Shown piece by piece: positions 58,341-64,000 of a DNA stretch of 64,000 nucleotides. Source of the stretch: a bacterium (GTDB taxonomy: Archaea > Thermoplasmatota > E2 > JACPAO01 > JAHFTW01); NCBI GenBank assembly GCA_040390065.1, contig JAZJZE010000001.1:262718-326717 (forward strand), written 5' to 3'. A program made the translations under genes and the position numbers. Every line of letters begins with the position of its first letter. The first letter of the stretch is position 1. A model generated the notes under the pieces. The model was not told where the DNA came from. It made no database searches and was given only the letters and a program-made list of their open reading frames with translations.

Positions 58341-61055
58341 ATGCGACAAATGCTCACCAACCAGCCCAAGAAGATCGGCCACATGGAATTCGGCCTGCTG
58401 TCTCCGAAGGAGATCCGCGGCCTGTCCGCCACGAAGGTCATCACCGCCGACACGTACGACGACGACGGCTTCCCCATCGAGATGGGTCTCATGGACCCCC
58501 GCCTCGGCGTCATCGAGCCCGGCCTGCGCTGCAAGACGTGCGGCCAGAAAGTCGGCGACTGCCCCGGACACTTCGGGCACATCGACCTGGCGATGCCAGT
58601 CATCCACGTCGGCTTCGTCCGCGTCGTGCGCGACATCCTGCGCGCCTCGTGCCGCGGCTGCGGCAAGCTGCTCTTCAGCGAGCGCCTGCGCCAGGACTTC
58701 GACAAGGACTACAAGACGTACCTGCAGGAGGAGAAGGACACCGCCATCCTCGCCAAGCGCGTCTCCAAGGAAGCCTCCAACGTGACCGTGTGCCCGCACT
58801 GCGGCCGCGAGCACGGCACGATTGACGTCGACAAACCCACGACCTTCCGCGAGAACGGCCACAAGATGACGCCGTCGGAAGTGCGCGAGTGGCTCGAGAA
58901 GGTCCCGAACGAGGACCTGCCGCTCTTGGGTCTCAACCCGAACGTGTGCCGCCCCGAGTGGATGGTCCTCACCGTGCTGCCGGTCCCGCCGGTCACGATG
59001 CGCCCGTCCATCACCCTCGAATCCGGTGAGCGCTCGGAGGACGACCTGACGCACAAGCTCGTCGACGTCATCCGCATCAACCAGCGACTGCAGGAGAACC
59101 GCGATGCCGGCGCTCCGCAACTCATCGTCGAAGACCTGTGGGAACTCTTGCAGTACCACATCACGACGTACTTCGACAACCAGACGGCCGGCATCCCGCC
59201 CGCGCGCCACCGCTCGGGCCGTCCGCTCAAGACCATCAGCCAGCGCCTCAAGGGCAAGGAAGGCCGCTTCCGCTCGAACCTGTCGGGCAAGCGCGTCAAC
59301 TTCTCTGCGCGTACGGTCATCAGCCCGGACCCGAACCTGTCGATCAACGAGGTCGGCGTCCCCATCGAGTGCGCCCAGGAACTCACCGTCCCCGTGCGCG
59401 TCACGCCAGCCAACTACGCGTACTGCATGGACATGATCCTGCGCGGCCCGACGCCGCCGTTCGAGGGCACGAAGTACCGCCCTGGCGTCAACTACGTCAT
59501 CCGCCCCGACGCGCGCCGCGTCAAGGTCACGGACAAGAACGCCGACGAAGTCGCCAAGCGCCTCGAAGTCGGCTCCATCATGGAGCGCCAACTGGACGAC
59601 GGCGACGTCGTCCTGTTCAACCGGCAGCCGACGCTGCACCGCATGTCGATGATGGCCCACACGGTCCGCGTCATGCCGGGCAAGACGTTCAGGTTCAACC
59701 TCCCGTGCTGCCCGCCGTACAACGCCGACTTCGACGGCGACGAGATGAACATGCACGTGCTGCAGGGCGAAGAGGCCCGCGCCGAAGCCGAGATCCTCAT
59801 GAAGGTGCAGGAGAACATCCGTTCCCCGCGCTTTGGCGGTCCCATCATCGGCGCCATCCACGACCACATCTCCGGCAACTTCCTGCTCACGTGGAAGAAC
59901 CCGAAGCTGTCGATCGAGGACGCGACCCAAGTGCTCGCCCGCGTCGGCTTCAAGGGCCAATCCCCGCCCATCAGCGAGGAGCAGGACGCCCGCGGCGAGA
60001 CGCGTCGCTTCGTCTACGGCCGCGACCTGTTCAGCACCCTCTTGCCTCCCGGCATCAACCTGAGCTACGCCTCCGCGGCCCGCCCGTCGGGCCAGAGCAA
60101 GGAAGACGCCAAGAAGCCGGAGAACGACTTCTGGGTCGACATCCAGGACGGCAAACTCATCGCTGGCGGCATCGACAAGGCGTCAATCTCGTCGGAGAAG
60201 GGCAAACTCCTGGACCACATCGCCCGCCGCTTCGGCAACGACGAGGCCCGCAAGTTCCTCGACAAGGTCACCAAGGTCGGCAACGGCTACCTCACGCTGC
60301 GCGGCTTCTCCACGTCCATCGAGGACGAGGACCTGCCACCCGAGGCGCGCGCCGAGATCGAGGAGAAGGTCCGCCAGACGAAGGAACGCGTCGACGCCCT
60401 GCTGAAGCAATACAAGAAGGGCGAACTGCAGAACCTTCCCGGGCGCTCCATCGAGGAGACGCTCGAGATGGAGATCATGCGCGAGACCGGCCAGGCCCGT
60501 GACGCCGCCGGTGAGACGGCTTCCCGTTCGCTCGGCATGGACAACTCCGCTGTGCTGATGGCGCGCTGTGGTGCCCGTGGCTCGATGCTCAACCTGTCGC
60601 AGATGGCCGGCCTCGTCGGCCAGCAAGCCGTCCGTGGCAAGCGCATCCACCGCGGCTACCAGAAGCGGACACTTCCCCACTTCAAGTGGGGCGACCTCGG
60701 CGCCGAAGCGAAGGGCTTCGTGGCCGCGTCGTACAAGACCGGCCTGTCGCCGACGGAATACTTCTTCCACTCGATGGGTGGCCGCGAAGGTCTCGTCGAC
60801 ACGGCCGTGCGCACGAGCCGCTCCGGCTACATGCAGCGCCGTCTCATCAACGCCCTCGAGGACCTCAAGGTCGCCCAGGATGGAACGGTGCGCAACACCG
60901 CCGGCACCATCATCCAGTTCACGTACGGTGAAGACGGCGTCGACCCGACGCGCTCCGTCGGCGGCGAGCCGGTGGACTTCGAGCAGATCTTCGCCGAAGT
61001 CAAGCGCGGCGGCAAGGCCGAAAAGCCCACGGCCGCCAAGAAGGGAGGCAAGTAG
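58341..61055 (+). CDS. rpoA1: RNA polymerase subunit Rpo1N (A')
   Basis: CPGHFGHI, NADFDGDEMN, GGREGLVDTAVRT; AGGAGG SD. Confidence 0.98.
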   Translation: MRQMLTNQPKKIGHMEFGLLSPKEIRGLSATKVITADTYDDDGFPIEMGLMDPRLGVIEPGLRCKTCGQKVGDCPGHFGHIDLAMPVIHVGFVRVVRDILRASCRGCGKLLFSERLRQDFDKDYKTYLQEEKDTAILAKRVSKEASNVTVCPHCGREHGTIDVDKPTTFRENGHKMTPSEVREWLEKVPNEDLPLLGLNPNVCRPEWMVLTVLPVPPVTMRPSITLESGERSEDDLTHKLVDVIRINQRLQENRDAGAPQLIVEDLWELLQYHITTYFDNQTAGIPPARHRSGRPLKTISQRLKGKEGRFRSNLSGKRVNFSARTVISPDPNLSINEVGVPIECAQELTVPVRVTPANYAYCMDMILRGPTPPFEGTKYRPGVNYVIRPDARRVKVTDKNADEVAKRLEVGSIMERQLDDGDVVLFNRQPTLHRMSMMAHTVRVMPGKTFRFNLPCCPPYNADFDGDEMNMHVLQGEEARAEAEILMKVQENIRSPRFGGPIIGAIHDHISGNFLLTWKNPKLSIEDATQVLARVGFKGQSPPISEEQDARGETRRFVYGRDLFSTLLPPGINLSYASAARPSGQSKEDAKKPENDFWVDIQDGKLIAGGIDKASISSEKGKLLDHIARRFGNDEARKFLDKVTKVGNGYLTLRGFSTSIEDEDLPPEARAEIEEKVRQTKERVDALLKQYKKGELQNLPGRSIEETLEMEIMRETGQARDAAGETASRSLGMDNSAVLMARCGARGSMLNLSQMAGLVGQQAVRGKRIHRGYQKRTLPHFKWGDLGAEAKGFVAASYKTGLSPTEYFFHSMGGREGLVDTAVRTSRSGYMQRRLINALEDLKVAQDGTVRNTAGTIIQFTYGEDGVDPTRSVGGEPVDFEQIFAEVKRGGKAEKPTAAKKGGK

Positions 61056-62678
61056 ATGGCCAACCCACAGACGATCAAGAGCTTCGAGAAGACGTACGGC
61101 TTCGACCACGACACCGCCAGCCGCCTGGCGGACGTCTTCACGGTCACGCAGGCCAAATCCGCGGACAAGAAGAAGTTCATGGACGCGGGCTTCACCGGCA
61201 ACGAGGTCGAGAGCATCATGCTCAAACTCTCGAAGGGCAAGCGCGATGCAGCTGCCCGCCGTGTGCGCAAGGTCGCCGTCGAGGACACGCGTGACTACGA
61301 GACGTACGAGGCCAAGGCCGAGACCCGCGACCCGGCGAAGCTCAAGAAGGACCAGTTCCTGATTGCGCACCTTGCCGAGTCGAAGCACGAACTGCCGCAG
61401 CGCATCGTGCGCAAGATCGTGGATGGCAGCCTGGAGCGCGGCTTCTCCGATGCGCAACTCAAGATGGCCGCGGACATCGCGCTTGCCGAATACGGCCACG
61501 CCGTCGTCGACGCCACCGAGGCCTGCGGCATCGTCGGCGCCCAATCCATCGGTGAGCCGGGCACGCAGATGACCATGCGTACCTTCCACTTCGCCGGTGT
61601 CGCCGAGATCAACGTCACCCTGGGCCTGCCGCGCCTCATCGAGATCGTGGACGCGCGCCGCACGCCGTCGACGCCGACCATGACCATCTACCTGAAGAAG
61701 GCCATCAAGGCGGACCGCACGGAGGCGACCCGCATCGCGAACCAGATCGAGACCACGTCCCTGAAGGACATCGCCGCCGTCGAAGCCGACCTCGGCACGC
61801 TCGAGATCCGCGTCCTGCCCGACGCCGAGAAGATGGCGGAGAAGGACATTTCGCATGACGACGTCCTTGCCGCCGTGAACTCGGTGCGCCGCATCACGGC
61901 CGCCTCCGAGGAGTCCAAGAAGAAGGACGCCAAGATCGCCGTCAAGCTGACGGAGCCCAACTTCAAGAACCTGCAGAAGGCCGTCGAGGACCTGAAGCGC
62001 GTCAAGGTGAAGGGCATCGACGGTATCTCCCGCCTGGTCATCCGCCGCGACGACGCCGAGCAGGGCTACATCCTATTCACGGAGGGCAGCAACCTGGCCG
62101 CCATCCTGGAGATTCCGGGCATCGACCACAGCCGCGTGCAGACGAACGACATCCTGCAGATCCAGGACCAGCTCGGCATCGAGGCCGCACGCCAAGCCAT
62201 CATGGACGAGGCGTTCGGCACCCTGAAAGGCCAAGGTCTCCAAGTCGACCTGCGGCACCTCATGCTCGTCGCCGACGTCATGACCGCCGACGGCGAAGTG
62301 AAGGCCATCGGCCGCCAAGGTGTCTCGGGACAGAAGTCGTCGATCCTCGCCCGCGCCGCGTTCGAGATCACGGTCGACCACCTGCTGCAAGCCGGCATGA
62401 TCGGCGAGATCGACCCCCTGAACGGCGTCGCCGAGAACATCATCGTCGGCCAGCCCGTCAACCTGGGCACCGGCGCCGTGCGCCTGGCGATGGACACGGT
62501 CAAACTCGCAAAGCTCGTCAAGACCATGCCCAAGCCGGTCTCGACCGTGCCCGTGCAGCAAGAATCTCCGGAACTGTCGCTGGAGGGTGAAGCGGGCCCC
62601 GAGTTCGCGGAATCCGCCGCCCCAGAATCCACCGAAGAGCCCGCGCCCGACGCCGGCAAGAAAGACGAGGAGGCCTAA
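61056..62678 (+). CDS. rpoA2: RNA polymerase subunit Rpo1C (A'') with N-terminal extension
   Basis: [33 protein letters not shown]. Confidence 0.97.
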   Translation: MANPQTIKSFEKTYGFDHDTASRLADVFTVTQAKSADKKKFMDAGFTGNEVESIMLKLSKGKRDAAARRVRKVAVEDTRDYETYEAKAETRDPAKLKKDQFLIAHLAESKHELPQRIVRKIVDGSLERGFSDAQLKMAADIALAEYGHAVVDATEACGIVGAQSIGEPGTQMTMRTFHFAGVAEINVTLGLPRLIEIVDARRTPSTPTMTIYLKKAIKADRTEATRIANQIETTSLKDIAAVEADLGTLEIRVLPDAEKMAEKDISHDDVLAAVNSVRRITAASEESKKKDAKIAVKLTEPNFKNLQKAVEDLKRVKVKGIDGISRLVIRRDDAEQGYILFTEGSNLAAILEIPGIDHSRVQTNDILQIQDQLGIEAARQAIMDEAFGTLKGQGLQVDLRHLMLVADVMTADGEVKAIGRQGVSGQKSSILARAAFEITVDHLLQAGMIGEIDPLNGVAENIIVGQPVNLGTGAVRLAMDTVKLAKLVKTMPKPVSTVPVQQESPELSLEGEAGPEFAESAAPESTEEPAPDAGKKDEEA

Positions 62679-62680
62679 CC

Positions 62681-62971
62681 ATGGACGTACAACGCAGCCT
62701 GAGAACCGTCATCGCGACCGGCAAGGTCCTGATCGGAGCCGACCAAACCGCCAAGGCGGTGATGCAGGGGAAGGCCAAGATGGTCATCCTCTCGTCGAAC
62801 GCACCCAACGCCGAAGCCCTGCGCGCGGCAGCGGTCAAGGCGCGCGTGCCCGTCTACGCCTTCGAGGGCGGCGGCATGCAGCTCGGCCCCGCGTGCGGCA
62901 AGCCGTTCTCCATTTCGGCCCTGGCGATTCTCGAGCCGGGCGAATCCGACGTCATGCAACTCGGCAAGTAG
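62681..62971 (+). CDS. rpl30e: 50S ribosomal protein L30e
   Basis: TGKVLIG, LGPACGKPF, PGES. Confidence 0.95.
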   Translation: MDVQRSLRTVIATGKVLIGADQTAKAVMQGKAKMVILSSNAPNAEALRAAAVKARVPVYAFEGGGMQLGPACGKPFSISALAILEPGESDVMQLGK

Positions 62972-62991
62972 TTGGTTCCTCCACCTCCCGA

Positions 62992-63401
62992 CTGGAACAC
63001 CGATTCCACAGAACCTCGAGGCTGAAGGCTCAAGCGGCTCTGGGCCTGTTGCCTCGTGGATCGGCCAGAATTCCACAGATGCACTGCCACCGACGCTCGC
63101 CGTCAGCGCAGGAAGTTCAACTGGGAAATTCTGGGGGGCGCCAGTCGAGCGAAGGCGAAACCGGCTCCAGCGTGGCCCAGAGAATTTCTGTGAAATCTGT
63201 GTTTGCCCGAGCCTGGAACACAGATTCCACAGAACCTCGGAGCTCAAAGATCAACAGACTGTTGACAATTTGCCTCATGGATCGGCCAGAATTCCACAGA
63301 TGCACTGGCACCGACGCTCGCCGTCAGCGCAGGAAGTTCATCTGGGAAATTCTGGTGCCAGGGGATAACGATTGCTTCAGAGAGTTCTGCGAAATCTGTG
63401 T
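62992..63401. repeat. Two tandem units (221-bp period) of nested inverted repeats
   Basis: Units at 62992 and 63213; outer IR ACACAGATTCCACAGAA/TTCTGTGAAATCTGTGT; inner IR CCAGAATTCCACAGATG/CATCTGGGAAATTCTGG. Confidence 0.9.
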
Positions 63402-63498
63402 CAAGCCCGGGGCCCGGCCCAACCCCAAGCCTCATGTGGACGATTCCTGTCGCATCACCGTAGGCGAAAGCCTGCGCCCTTCCCCGAGTTGACCCCCT

Positions 63499-63978
63499 TT
63501 GTCTGACCTTTCTCTCAACATGGAAGCCATCGGCCTCATCGCCGAAGCCGAGAAACGCCTGCGGGCCCGCATCAAGGACGCCGTCGACGAAGGCGAACGC
63601 ATCGTCTTCATCACCGAGAAGGGCCACCTCGGCCAAGCCCTCGGCAAGGAAGCAAAGAACCTCGCGATGATGCGCGAACTTCTCAAGAAGGACGTCAAGT
63701 TCGTCGAGTGGGACGAGGACAAGCAAGTCTTCATCCGCAACCTGTTCAAGCCGTTCGACGTCGCCTCCATCCGCATGGAAACGCTGACGGTCACGCCACC
63801 CGTGGACCCGAACAACCCGGATGCCCCGGCGCCGGAGCCCAAACTCAAGATCCGCGCCATCGTCGAGGTCGAAGCCAAGGACAAGGGCAAGGCCATCGGC
63901 AAGCAAGGCCGCAACATCGCCTCGATCCGGCACATCGCGAAGCGGCACCACGAAATCGATGAGGTCCAGGTCATCTGA
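63499..63978 (+). CDS. nusA: Archaeal NusA (KH-domain) transcription factor
   Basis: GQALGK, VKFVEW..FIRNLFKP, KGKAIGKQGRNI; synteny after rpl30e. Confidence 0.93.
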   Translation: MSDLSLNMEAIGLIAEAEKRLRARIKDAVDEGERIVFITEKGHLGQALGKEAKNLAMMRELLKKDVKFVEWDEDKQVFIRNLFKPFDVASIRMETLTVTPPVDPNNPDAPAPEPKLKIRAIVEVEAKDKGKAIGKQGRNIASIRHIAKRHHEIDEVQVI

Positions 63979-64000
63979 TGCGCGCAGCGCCAGATGTACC

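Noticed and set aside
54520-61856. Several 550-610-aa minus-strand ORFs
   Set aside because: Antisense shadows of rpoB/rpoA caused by strong GC3 bias.
62992-63401. CRISPR array or replication origin (ORB) interpretation
   Set aside because: Only two long units; the first 'spacers' are homologous to each other; no cas or orc1/cdc6 gene nearby; no canonical ORB with G-string.
62587-63492. 301-aa ORF spanning rpl30e and the repeat
   Set aside because: Out of frame with rpl30e; its peptide repeats simply mirror the DNA repeat.

Overview
High-GC archaeal chromosomal segment. An unsplit RpoB, an N-terminally extended RpoA'', bacterial-type MetK and long-form PurA suggest Thermoplasmatota (inference). 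Core content: rpoH-rpoB-rpoA1-rpoA2-rpl30e-nusA; rnp4-yhbY-rps19e-PDCD5-rpl39e-rpl31e-eIF6-rpl18a-pfdA-ftsY; rpl10e, EF-1beta, purA, metK, alaX; four tRNAs (Asp, Val, Gly, Lys); Pi and Zn/Mn uptake; an aquaporin-arsC-GNAT module; many secreted Pro-rich or Ca-binding surface proteins. Most unusual features: (1) a single-pass receptor-like protein whose thrombospondin-type-3 ectodomain is fused to an intact cytoplasmic ABC ATPase, followed by a minimal ABC-2 permease; (2) tandem GOLPH3/Vps74 (GPP34)-like genes behind a HAD phosphatase, one with a histone-H1-like tail; (3) three tRNA genes each carrying a partial self-duplication around a ~95-145 bp palindromic insert; (4) 9-nt-periodic nested inverted repeats inserted into core operons; (5) L31e fused to a helix-hairpin-helix domain. 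No CRISPR array, transposase or integrase is visible. All family assignments are by motif recognition, not database search.
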